The translations under genes were made by a program, and so were the position numbers. A DNA stretch of 64,000 bases, taken from NCBI RefSeq assembly GCF_017853185.1, contig NZ_JAFMJZ010000001.1, forward strand, positions 7,868 to 71,867, given 5' to 3'. Source of the DNA: Mycolicibacterium sp. Lineage in GTDB: Bacteria; Actinomycetota; Actinomycetes; Mycobacteriales; Mycobacteriaceae. The notes under the pieces are model-generated. The model saw only the letters and a program-made list of their open reading frames with translations. It was not told the origin of the DNA and searched no databases. Shown in pieces: positions 1-7,975 of this stretch (position 1 is the stretch's first letter; the number at the start of each line of letters is the position of its first letter).

Positions 1-2
1 TC

Positions 3-686
3 GGCGCCGGAGTCACTCCGATCGCCGCAGCCGACCCGGCCCCCGCCCCGGCTCCGATTCCGGCGCCGGGCGCGGCGGAGGTCGTTCCGGCCGCCAACAC
101 CGCACCTGCGGCCGAACCCGCCGCAGCCCCCGCGGACAACGGCATCTGGGCTTCGAGCGACCCCGGTATCGCCAAGACACCTGACGGCCGCACCCTGACG
201 GTGGCCGGCAAGAACGAGACGCTGCTGCCGATCGCACCCCTGACGACGGCGCTGTCCTCACGCGACTGGCTGGCCGGTGGCACGTTCACCGGCGCCACCA
301 CCGGCTCGACGGCCGGCGGCACGCTCGAGGTCGGCTACCAGATCGGCTGCGGGATCGAGTTGAACAACATGAAGCTCGCCGGCTCGATCTCAGGCACCTT
401 CGGCAACAGCACGCTGGGAATCGCCGGCTTCAACGCTCCGGGCACCATCTCACTGCCCATCATCGGCGGCGTCGAGGTGTACCCGAAGCCCGGCACGGTG
501 ACCAACGTGGTCGTCGACAAGAAGACGTTCAAGGCGACATCGGCGCGCGTCACCCTCAAGGACATCCACATCAAGGTCGACGGTTGCGTGGGCGCTTCGT
601 CGATCCGGTCCTACGCGGTCCTGACGAGTTCGTCCACCGACGACGACGACATCGTCGCCTACTACGGCGTCTCCAAGCAGTTCTGA
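3..686 (+). CDS. MspA-family outer-membrane porin (5' end outside window)
   Basis: The frame-3 ORF is open to the window edge. GTLEVGYQIGCG and DGRTLTV resemble the MspA core as I remember it (GTLELGYQIGFP, QDRTLTV). The upstream part is Pro/Ala-rich (PAPAPIPAPGAAEVVPAANTAPAAEPAAAP). Confidence 0.75.
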   Translation, partial: GAGVTPIAAADPAPAPAPIPAPGAAEVVPAANTAPAAEPAAAPADNGIWASSDPGIAKTPDGRTLTVAGKNETLLPIAPLTTALSSRDWLAGGTFTGATTGSTAGGTLEVGYQIGCGIELNNMKLAGSISGTFGNSTLGIAGFNAPGTISLPIIGGVEVYPKPGTVTNVVVDKKTFKATSARVTLKDIHIKVDGCVGASSIRSYAVLTSSSTDDDDIVAYYGVSKQF

Positions 687-691
687 TCCCG

Positions 692-1288
692 ATGCGACAC
701 CGCCTGTCGGCCGCACTGGTCTGCGCCACCGCGGCCGTGTGGTCTGGTTCCGGAGTTCCGGCGGCCCATGCGGACCCGCCGCCGCCGGACCCGGCGCTGA
801 TCGGTCCGGCAGCCGGCGGTGAGGCGCCGCCACCCGCGCCGGTGGACACCTTCGCGGCGGCGTCCGAGCAGACCAAGTCCAATCCCACCGGGTTCCTGTC
901 GGGGCTGATGGGACCCGGCGGGCTTGCCGCAAATGCGGGGATCGGTCTGACCGCCGCCTCCCCGGTCGATCCGCTGGCCGCCGGGTGGAACCTCCTGCTG
1001 CCGAACAACTACCGCATGCCGGCGGGTGACAACCCCTACGTCCTGGAGTCCGGAGTGGCGCCGGGGCCGTTCGCCCGCGTCGACGCCTTCAAGGGCCAAC
1101 ACGCCATCGCGCACGGCGGGATGGGCCGGATGCCCGGCAGCGAGCTCGGTGCCCCCCTGCCGGGGACCGCTCCCCTGCCGGGGACCAATGTTCCGGCGGG
1201 CCTGGAGCAGTATTACGTGCCGCCCGGTGCGCCGAGTGACGCTCCGCCGGCGGTTCCGATCTTCGATCCGGCCGCGCCTGCGGGCTGA
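692..1288 (+). CDS. secreted Pro/Gly/Ala-rich protein, unknown function
   Basis: Uses the internal ATG at 692 of ORF 584..1288, 5 nt after the porin stop. MRHRLSAALVCATAAVWSGSGVPAAHA looks like a Sec signal peptide. Contains an in-frame 18-bp duplication (APLPGT twice). Confidence 0.6.
   Translation: MRHRLSAALVCATAAVWSGSGVPAAHADPPPPDPALIGPAAGGEAPPPAPVDTFAAASEQTKSNPTGFLSGLMGPGGLAANAGIGLTAASPVDPLAAGWNLLLPNNYRMPAGDNPYVLESGVAPGPFARVDAFKGQHAIAHGGMGRMPGSELGAPLPGTAPLPGTNVPAGLEQYYVPPGAPSDAPPAVPIFDPAAPAG
1151..1186 (+). repeat. 18-bp x2 in-frame tandem duplication
   Basis: gcccccctgccggggacc followed by gctcccctgccggggacc, 17/18 identical, read directly. Confidence 0.9.
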
Positions 1289-1306
1289 GCGGTAGCGCCG
1301 GTCAGC
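1284..1306 (+). terminator. candidate stem-loop overlapping the stop codon
   Basis: gctgagcgg-tagcg-ccggtcagc forms a 9-bp stem with one mismatch. There is no U tract. Confidence 0.25.
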
Positions 1307-1343
1307 GGAGAGGATTCACCCGACTCCGTGAAAGGGTGACCGG

Positions 1344-2438
1344 ATGGACATCACCGCCAGACGGGGACCACTGCAGTGGACCGTCATCGCGCCCGTGCTC
1401 GCCCTTGTCGTGCTCGGCGCAACCTGGTCCCATCACCAGCACCCGGTGACCCTGGCGGTGATCGCCGCCTTCCTGATCGGCGCGGTGCTCGCGTCCGTGC
1501 ATCACGCGGAGGTGGTGGCGCACCGCGTCGGCGAGCCGGCCGGCTCGCTGGTGCTGGCCGTCGCGGTGACGGTCATCGAAGTCGGGCTGATCGTGATGCT
1601 GATGGCCGGCGGCGGTCCTGGTGCGGCGACCTACGCGCGCAACACCGTGTTCGCGGCGGTGATGATCACGCTCAACGGCATCGTCGGGGTGAGCCTGCTG
1701 GCCGCCGCCGGACGCGGCCGGGTGGCGACGTTCAACGCCGCGGGCTCCGGCTCGGCGCTGGCCACCGTGGTGACCCTCGCCGGAGTCACGATGGTGCTGC
1801 CCGGGTTCACCGTGAGCGCGGCCGGATTGCAGTACTCCACTTCACAATTGGCGTTCGCCGGGGTGGCGGCGCTGGCGCTGTATGCGGCCTTCGTGGTCAC
1901 CCAGACCGTGCGGCACCGCGACTTCTTCGTGCCGGAGTACGTCCCCGACATCGACGGCGACGGCCATGCCGACCCACCCTCGAAGCGGGAAGCCGCAATC
2001 AGTCTCGGGCTGCTGATGGCCGCACTGGTCTCGGTCGTCGGCTTGGCCAAACTCCTCTCGCCCGCCATCGAGGCCACCGTCACCGGATTGGGACTGCCGT
2101 ACGCGGTGGTCGGTGTGGTGATCGCGCTCGTGGTGCTGGCGCCCGAGACCCTGGCCGCCCTCACCAACGCCAGGCGCGACCAGGTGCAGATCAGTCTCAA
2201 CCTCGCCTACGGCTCGGCGATGGCCTCGATCGGGCTGACCATCCCGGTGATCGCGCTGGCGATGATCTGGTTGCCGGGGCCGCTCACGCTGGGCCTGGAG
2301 CCCATGCAGATCGTCCTGCTGACACTGTCGGTCATCGTCTCGATCCTGACCCTGGCCGAGGGCCGCGCCATCGCACTGCAGGGCCTGGTGCACCTGGTGC
2401 TGCTGGCGACCTTCCTGTTCCTGTCCGCTCAGCCCTGA
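1344..2438 (+). CDS. chaA: Ca2+/H+ antiporter (CaCA family, ChaA-like)
   Basis: 364-aa polytopic membrane ORF. LAPETLAAL...QISLNLAYGSAMASIGLTIP resembles the ChaA-type alpha-repeat region as I recall it from mycobacterial ChaA. Confidence 0.6.
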   Translation: MDITARRGPLQWTVIAPVLALVVLGATWSHHQHPVTLAVIAAFLIGAVLASVHHAEVVAHRVGEPAGSLVLAVAVTVIEVGLIVMLMAGGGPGAATYARNTVFAAVMITLNGIVGVSLLAAAGRGRVATFNAAGSGSALATVVTLAGVTMVLPGFTVSAAGLQYSTSQLAFAGVAALALYAAFVVTQTVRHRDFFVPEYVPDIDGDGHADPPSKREAAISLGLLMAALVSVVGLAKLLSPAIEATVTGLGLPYAVVGVVIALVVLAPETLAALTNARRDQVQISLNLAYGSAMASIGLTIPVIALAMIWLPGPLTLGLEPMQIVLLTLSVIVSILTLAEGRAIALQGLVHLVLLATFLFLSAQP

Positions 2439-2444
2439 CCCGGT

Positions 2445-3617
2445 CTATGCCGTGACGATGGCGGGCAGAGTCCCAACCGGCGCATTGGATGCCAGCCCGG
2501 AGAAGTAGGCGCCCGACCACATCCACAGGCCGGCCTGAAGTCGCAGCGCGGCGGCGGCGATGTCGCCGTTGCCCTCGGCCGCCCCGATCATGCTGGAGAG
2601 CACCGCGGCCTTGCTGACCATCAGGTAGTCCGAGCTCAGTTCGACCAGCGCCGCGTAGGACGTCGGCGAGAAGGCACCGGCCCTGGCGATGTTCTCCCAG
2701 ACGAATCGACCTGCACCGGTGGCGGTTTCAAGCAGTTTGGCCCAGGCGGTCATCTCCAGCCAGGGCAGGTTCGGCGGGTCCGCGAGATTGGTCAGCGCGG
2801 TGTCGTAGCTGGTGGCGATCTGCAAAGGGAAGGCACTGGACGAGCAGTCCAGGAACCCGCGGCAGGTCAGGGTGTCTGCCATGGACGGCACACCCGCGGG
2901 CGGATTCTGCAGGATGACGTCGAGGTACCCGCGGTTGTAGCCGTACAGGGCCAGCAGCACCGGAACCGAGGCGTGCGCCACCGTCGTCGTGATCCACGGA
3001 TTCCCGGCGCCGGCCGCACCGGTCAGTCCGGCGGCGAGTGCGTCGAAGAGGTGTATGCCGATCGAGGAGACGGTGAGGTCGACGGTCGCGGTGTCGGCGT
3101 TGGGATCAGGGGCGGTCCCGTTGTCCCGCAGGTTGTCCCGTAGCCAGATGCCGCCGAAGTAGCCCGACACCGCGAGGTTGCCGAGTTGGGTACGCACCTG
3201 CCCGGACGTGATGTCCGGGTTCGCGAGAGTCTGCAGACTCGAGACCGCGAGGTCGCCGAAGAAGAACCGGGCGCTGTCGGCCGGGTCTCCGCCGGCCGCG
3301 ACATAGTCGGCGGCCACCCCGGCGATGGCGTCGGTGGAGATGGTGAAGGACGCACCACTGGCGACCGGCAACTGCGGAAGGCGCACCGAGACGCCCGGCG
3401 CAGCCGTCGAGACGCGGGCGGTCGGCCTGGCTCGCTTGGTCTGCTTGGTGGGCGAAACATGTTGGCGCGCCGGTGATCGGGTGGCGTGGGTTGCTGATCG
3501 GGAATCTGATGCGGAAGCGTCCGGCGCCGCGGCAGCCTCGCCGCAGCCCCACACGATCGCCGCTCCCACACCGAGTGCGGCCGTAACTCCCGCCAGGATT
3601 CCCCCGCGCCGGATCAT
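2445..3617 (-). CDS. secreted protein of unknown function
   Basis: The ATG at 3617 overlaps the stop of the upstream gene (ATGA). The N-terminus is hydrophobic (MIRRGGILAGVTAALGVGAAIVWG). No family recognised. Confidence 0.6.
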   Translation of the reverse strand: MIRRGGILAGVTAALGVGAAIVWGCGEAAAAPDASASDSRSATHATRSPARQHVSPTKQTKRARPTARVSTAAPGVSVRLPQLPVASGASFTISTDAIAGVAADYVAAGGDPADSARFFFGDLAVSSLQTLANPDITSGQVRTQLGNLAVSGYFGGIWLRDNLRDNGTAPDPNADTATVDLTVSSIGIHLFDALAAGLTGAAGAGNPWITTTVAHASVPVLLALYGYNRGYLDVILQNPPAGVPSMADTLTCRGFLDCSSSAFPLQIATSYDTALTNLADPPNLPWLEMTAWAKLLETATGAGRFVWENIARAGAFSPTSYAALVELSSDYLMVSKAAVLSSMIGAAEGNGDIAAAALRLQAGLWMWSGAYFSGLASNAPVGTLPAIVTA

Positions 3618-4384
3618 CTCGGTAGGTCCCACTGTCCGAAGTCGGCGGCGAACACATCGTCGACGTCCACGCTGACGCCGTCGATCAGCGCCCCGGGATC
3701 CGATGCCGTGACGACCTCACGCTGGAAGAGTGCCGCCGCCGGGTTGAGCTTGCCGCCCGACCATGCCTTGGTCTGCCACGCCCACCGGTATCCCGGCGTG
3801 GTGGAGTGCCCGACCACGCCGTCGGCGATGGCCCAGCCCAATTCGTTCACGCCGCCGTAGATTCCGGTGCGCTCAACCCCCATCACCGAGTTGAGGCCAC
3901 GGAACCATTGCAGCGCAACGTTCTTCCAGCGGCTGTAGTCCAGAGGTTCGTCGACGCTGAAGTAAATCGGTGCGGTTGCCGGACCGCCGGCCGCGCCGTG
4001 CAATCGAAGCGCGGTCTGGGCGTCGGCGACTCCGCCGTCGAATCCGCGGGTGAAGTCCGACGGGCTGTTGACCCAGCCGGGCTTCCCGTACTGGTAGATG
4101 CTGACCACATGCAGGCCGTTGGCCCGCATCCCGTCGGTGAATTCCCGCGTGACGGGTTTGAAGTCGAAGGTGGCACCGGGGCGCAGCTCGGAGACGTAGA
4201 CCAGCGCACCGTCATACCCGGCGGCCTTGATCTGTTCCGGCGAGACCTGTCGGGTGGCGAAGTCGATCAGCCGCATTCCCGGCGCCGCCGCCGCAATCGG
4301 CGCAACTGCCGTCAGACCCAGCGCGGCTCCGCCCGTCACCGCGGCGTATTTGAGCGCGTCGCGTCGGGAAAGGTTGGCGGACAT
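3614..4384 (-). CDS. Tat-exported DUF1906 / Rv2525c-like glycoside-hydrolase-fold protein
   Basis: Twin-arginine motif SRRDALKY is followed by a hydrophobic stretch and AAAP. The body (GYDGALVYVS...VVSIYQYG...IYFSVDEP...GIYGG) resembles the Rv2525c family. Confidence 0.7.
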   Translation of the reverse strand: MSANLSRRDALKYAAVTGGAALGLTAVAPIAAAAPGMRLIDFATRQVSPEQIKAAGYDGALVYVSELRPGATFDFKPVTREFTDGMRANGLHVVSIYQYGKPGWVNSPSDFTRGFDGGVADAQTALRLHGAAGGPATAPIYFSVDEPLDYSRWKNVALQWFRGLNSVMGVERTGIYGGVNELGWAIADGVVGHSTTPGYRWAWQTKAWSGGKLNPAAALFQREVVTASDPGALIDGVSVDVDDVFAADFGQWDLPR

Positions 4385-4389
4385 GGGTT

Positions 4390-5181
4390 TTACTCGCTGA
4401 ACTTGCCGCTGCGGATGCGGTCGGCTTCCATCAGGTGCAGTTCGTGGGCACCGGGAACCACGATCTCGGGGTCCGGCACGAAGTCGATATCGGTGGCCCG
4501 GCCGGTGTAAGGCACCGCATCGAGGATCACCTTCATCGCGTTGAGCCGGGCCTTGTGCTTGTTCTCCGAACGGATGATGGTCCAGGGCGCATCCGGAGTG
4601 CTGGTGCGGCGCAGCATCTGGTACTTGGCCGCGGTGAAGTCGTCCCAGTGTTCCTGGGCCTGGACGTCGATCTCACTGAGCTTCCACTGCCGCAGGGGAT
4701 CATCGCGACGCCGGTCGAAGCGGCGGGCCTGCTCATCCTTGGTGACGCTGAAGTACAACTTCACCAGGATGGTGCCCTGCCGGACCAAGTCCTTCTCGAA
4801 GCCCACAACACCCTTGAGGAAGTTGCGGTACTCCTCATCGGTGCAGAAGCCGAATACCGGCTCCACCATGGCGCGGTTGTACCAGGACCGGTCGAACAGC
4901 ACCATCTCGCCGCCGGTGGGGAACTGCGCGACGTAGCGCTGGAAGTACCACTGGCTGCGCTGCTCCTCGGTGGGCCGGCCCAGCGCGACGACGCGGTAGT
5001 GCTTCTCGTTCATGTAGCGGGTCACCCGACGGATGGTGCCGCCCTTGCCCGCCGCGTCGCGGCCCTCGAACAGCACGATCATCCGGCGGTTCTCGGCTTC
5101 GAGATAGCGCTGCAGTTTCAGGAGCTCAACCTGGTAGGGCTTGAGCTCTTCTTCTTCGAGGACACGACGGGGAACGGCCAT
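4390..5181 (-). CDS. ppk2: polyphosphate kinase 2
   Basis: GRDAAGKGG Walker A and DRSWYNR, with length typical of single-domain PPK2. Confidence 0.9.
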   Translation of the reverse strand: MAVPRRVLEEEELKPYQVELLKLQRYLEAENRRMIVLFEGRDAAGKGGTIRRVTRYMNEKHYRVVALGRPTEEQRSQWYFQRYVAQFPTGGEMVLFDRSWYNRAMVEPVFGFCTDEEYRNFLKGVVGFEKDLVRQGTILVKLYFSVTKDEQARRFDRRRDDPLRQWKLSEIDVQAQEHWDDFTAAKYQMLRRTSTPDAPWTIIRSENKHKARLNAMKVILDAVPYTGRATDIDFVPDPEIVVPGAHELHLMEADRIRSGKFSE

Positions 5182-5232
5182 TCCTCAATTGTTGCCCAGG
5201 GGTCAATAGCGGCCGCGGTCAGGTTGGGCTAC

Positions 5233-6195
5233 CTAGCCGATCAGCGGCGAGTAATGCCGGCCGCTGTCCCGTTCTGAGACCGGTGGCAGGTTTCTGGCCG
5301 GGGTGTGCGCCAGTGGGCTGTCGGCGGCGATGCGGCCGTCGGCCCGGTCCCATCCGGCCCGTGCGCGAGGGTGCATCCGGCGCCGTCTCGGCACCACCTT
5401 GAACACCACGTTCACCGCGCGGCCGAACAACCGGTGCAGCCGGGCGTCACGCGGCGACCAGGAATAGCCCATGAGCTCCCGGACCGGTTGGTCGTAGAGG
5501 CCGACGGTCACCCACACCACCAGTGGCTCGAGGAGCTTGAGTTGGGCGGCCCACAACCGGTCCGGAATCCACTGCAGCGAAGGATGCTTGGGCATGGTGG
5601 ACAGGTCCAGAACCGCGCGTGCGGCCCAGGTGTTCTCCAACTCCTCGCGGCACATGCGATCCCAGTAGAGCTGGAAGTCCTCCCAGGACTGCGGGACCGG
5701 ACGCATGCTCATGCCGTACATCCGGTACCACTGCACATGCTCGTCGAACAGCTGGCGCTTCTCGTCCTCGGTGATGCCGCCCCCGAAGTACTCGGCGGTG
5801 AGGATGGTGCCCATGAAGAAGGTGGCGTGCGCCCAGTAGAAGACGTCCGGGTTCAGCGCGCTGTAGCGCCGGCCCTGCTCGTCGACGCCGTTGATCCCGA
5901 CGTGGTAGTCGCGCACTTCGGCACCGGTCTGCGGCGCGCGATCGCCGTCGAAGACCACCCCGCCGATCGGGTACAGCGACCGGAACAGCCGGGGCAGCCG
6001 CTCGGTGAAGAAGATCGAATGGTCCTTGACCGCCGCGCCCAGTTGCGGATGCATGTTCTGCATGGACCCGGCCCACGGGCCCTGAAGCACCCCGCGCCAG
6101 TCGCCGAAGAGCTTCCAGGTCAGCGAGTCCGGACCCAGGGGAACGGCTTCATACCCGCTGCTCACCGGGCAGCCGGACTCCGACTCCTGCGTCAC
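5233..6195 (-). CDS. MpaB/DUF2236-family oxygenase
   Basis: GTG at 6195 chosen because the longest ORF (to 6387) would run into the upstream gene. LTWKLFGDWR...QNMHPQLGAAV...FFTERLPRL matches the family as I recall it. Confidence 0.65.
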   Translation of the reverse strand: MTQESESGCPVSSGYEAVPLGPDSLTWKLFGDWRGVLQGPWAGSMQNMHPQLGAAVKDHSIFFTERLPRLFRSLYPIGGVVFDGDRAPQTGAEVRDYHVGINGVDEQGRRYSALNPDVFYWAHATFFMGTILTAEYFGGGITEDEKRQLFDEHVQWYRMYGMSMRPVPQSWEDFQLYWDRMCREELENTWAARAVLDLSTMPKHPSLQWIPDRLWAAQLKLLEPLVVWVTVGLYDQPVRELMGYSWSPRDARLHRLFGRAVNVVFKVVPRRRRMHPRARAGWDRADGRIAADSPLAHTPARNLPPVSERDSGRHYSPLIG

Positions 6196-6226
6196 GCCTC
6201 GAGTGTAGGTGCGCGGGAGTCTGGGC

Positions 6227-6853
6227 TCAGGACTCCTTGACGCGTGAGTACCAGATCCGGTCGGCGACCGAGACGATGTCATCGGAGATGGCCGAGATCC
6301 GCCGGTAGAACTCGCGGCGGGCGGTGACGACCCGGACGTCGGTGAACTGAAGCAGGTCCCCGGCCGCCTGCCGGTAGATCCGCTCAAGGCTGCGCTGGGA
6401 CTTCACCGCGGCGTCGGCGGCCTCGGTGGCCGACACGGCCGACTTGCCGCTGCCGTCCAGAAACGCGAACGCGGTGCGCAGGTGTCCGACTCCCTCGGCG
6501 AGCAGGACTGCCATCTCGGCGGTGGCCTGATCCGGCGGCACCTCCATCGCCTCGGCCTCGCGCACGGTGTTCTTGGCGCCGTTGATCACCTTGTCGAGAT
6601 CGCGGGACAACTGGAACAGGTCCTCCGGTTCGAGCGGCGTGGTGAAGGCCTCGCTGACGGCGTCGACGAGGCGGCGGCGCACCTCGTCGCAGTCGTGTTC
6701 GGCGTCACGCACCTCGTCGGCCTTGGCGGTGTCGCCGGCAGCCCAGGCCGCGAACGCGTCCATCCCCTTGGTGGTGATCTCGGCCTGCGACTGCAGCATG
6801 CCGATGACGTCGGGAGTGTCCGGAAGGAACCAGCGGGTGCCCTTACCACTCAT
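6227..6853 (-). CDS. DUF47 / PhoU-like phosphate transport regulator
   Basis: ATG 6853 overlaps the pit stop (ATGA). Helical acidic protein of about 208 aa directly coupled to a PiT transporter. The 726-aa ORF extension upstream is out-of-context Arg/Pro/Gly-rich. Confidence 0.8.
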   Translation of the reverse strand: MSGKGTRWFLPDTPDVIGMLQSQAEITTKGMDAFAAWAAGDTAKADEVRDAEHDCDEVRRRLVDAVSEAFTTPLEPEDLFQLSRDLDKVINGAKNTVREAEAMEVPPDQATAEMAVLLAEGVGHLRTAFAFLDGSGKSAVSATEAADAAVKSQRSLERIYRQAAGDLLQFTDVRVVTARREFYRRISAISDDIVSVADRIWYSRVKES

Positions 6854-7878
6854 GTCAGTGCTCTCCATCCGAGAAGGACGACGACCGCCAACGCGGCGGC
6901 CGCCGGAATCGTGGTCAGCCAGGCGATGCCCATCTCCCGGACGATCTGCCAGCGGACGTGCTGCCAGCGCCGGCGACCCGCGCCGACGCCGACCACCGAT
7001 GAGGCCACCACCTGGGTGGTGCTCACCGGCGCCCCGATCAGGGAGGCGCCGAGGATCACCGCGGTGGACGAGGTCTGGCTGGTGAAGGAATCGATGGGGG
7101 TGAGGCTGAAGATGCGCCGGCCGATGGTCCTGACGATGCGCCAACCGCCCAGGGCGGTGCCCATCGTGAGCGCGATGCCGGTGGCGATCTTGGCCCACAA
7201 CGGCACCGACATGGTTTCGGTCTGGCCGGCGGCCAGCAGCAGCACCGCGATGACGCCCATGGACTTCTGGGCGTCGTTGCCGCCGTGACTGAAGGACAGG
7301 CCCGCGGCCGCGACCCAGCCGCCGCCGCGCACCGGACCATTCCAGCGCGTGGTCCACCGGCGCGAGATCAGCCGGAGGAAACGCAGCAGCACGAAGGCGA
7401 ACGCGAATCCCAGTGGCGGCGAGATGAACAGCGCGATGAGAACACCGAAGACCCCGGTGGGATGCCACCCCTCCAGACCGCCCCACTGCACCGACTTCAG
7501 CCCGCCGTAGCCGGACAGCATGCCGTCGGCCACCGCCGCTCCGACCAGACCGCCGACCAGACTGTGGCCCGACGACGAGGGAAGTCCCAGCCACCAGGTG
7601 AGCAGATTCCACGCCGTCGCGCCGGCCAGGCCCGCACCGACGACGGCGACCATCTGTCCCTGCGGGACGGTGACGATCTTGCCGATGGTGTCGGCCACCG
7701 CCGTGCCGAGGAAGACCGCGCCGGCCATGTTGAACACCGCCGACAGCAGCACGGCCTGACCGGGGGTCGCGCCCTTCGTCGCCACCAGGGTGGCGATCGC
7801 GTTGGAGGCGTCGTGGAAGCCGTTGGTGAGGGCGAAGGCGAGCGCGAAGCCGATGGCGATGATCAGCCCGACTTCCAT
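6850..7878 (-). CDS. pitA: inorganic phosphate transporter, PiT family
   Basis: The two PiT signature repeats are present: TNGFHDASNAIAT and SHGGNDAQKSMG. Confidence 0.85.
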   Translation of the reverse strand: MEVGLIIAIGFALAFALTNGFHDASNAIATLVATKGATPGQAVLLSAVFNMAGAVFLGTAVADTIGKIVTVPQGQMVAVVGAGLAGATAWNLLTWWLGLPSSSGHSLVGGLVGAAVADGMLSGYGGLKSVQWGGLEGWHPTGVFGVLIALFISPPLGFAFAFVLLRFLRLISRRWTTRWNGPVRGGGWVAAAGLSFSHGGNDAQKSMGVIAVLLLAAGQTETMSVPLWAKIATGIALTMGTALGGWRIVRTIGRRIFSLTPIDSFTSQTSSTAVILGASLIGAPVSTTQVVASSVVGVGAGRRRWQHVRWQIVREMGIAWLTTIPAAAALAVVVLLGWRALT

Positions 7879-7975
7879 TGACTCTTCCCTTCGGTGAACG
7901 CCCGGGAAACATAGCAGGAACGGGAGGTGAACCGCGGGGTGAACACTGCCATCGAAGCTGAGTTAACGTCGGCGG

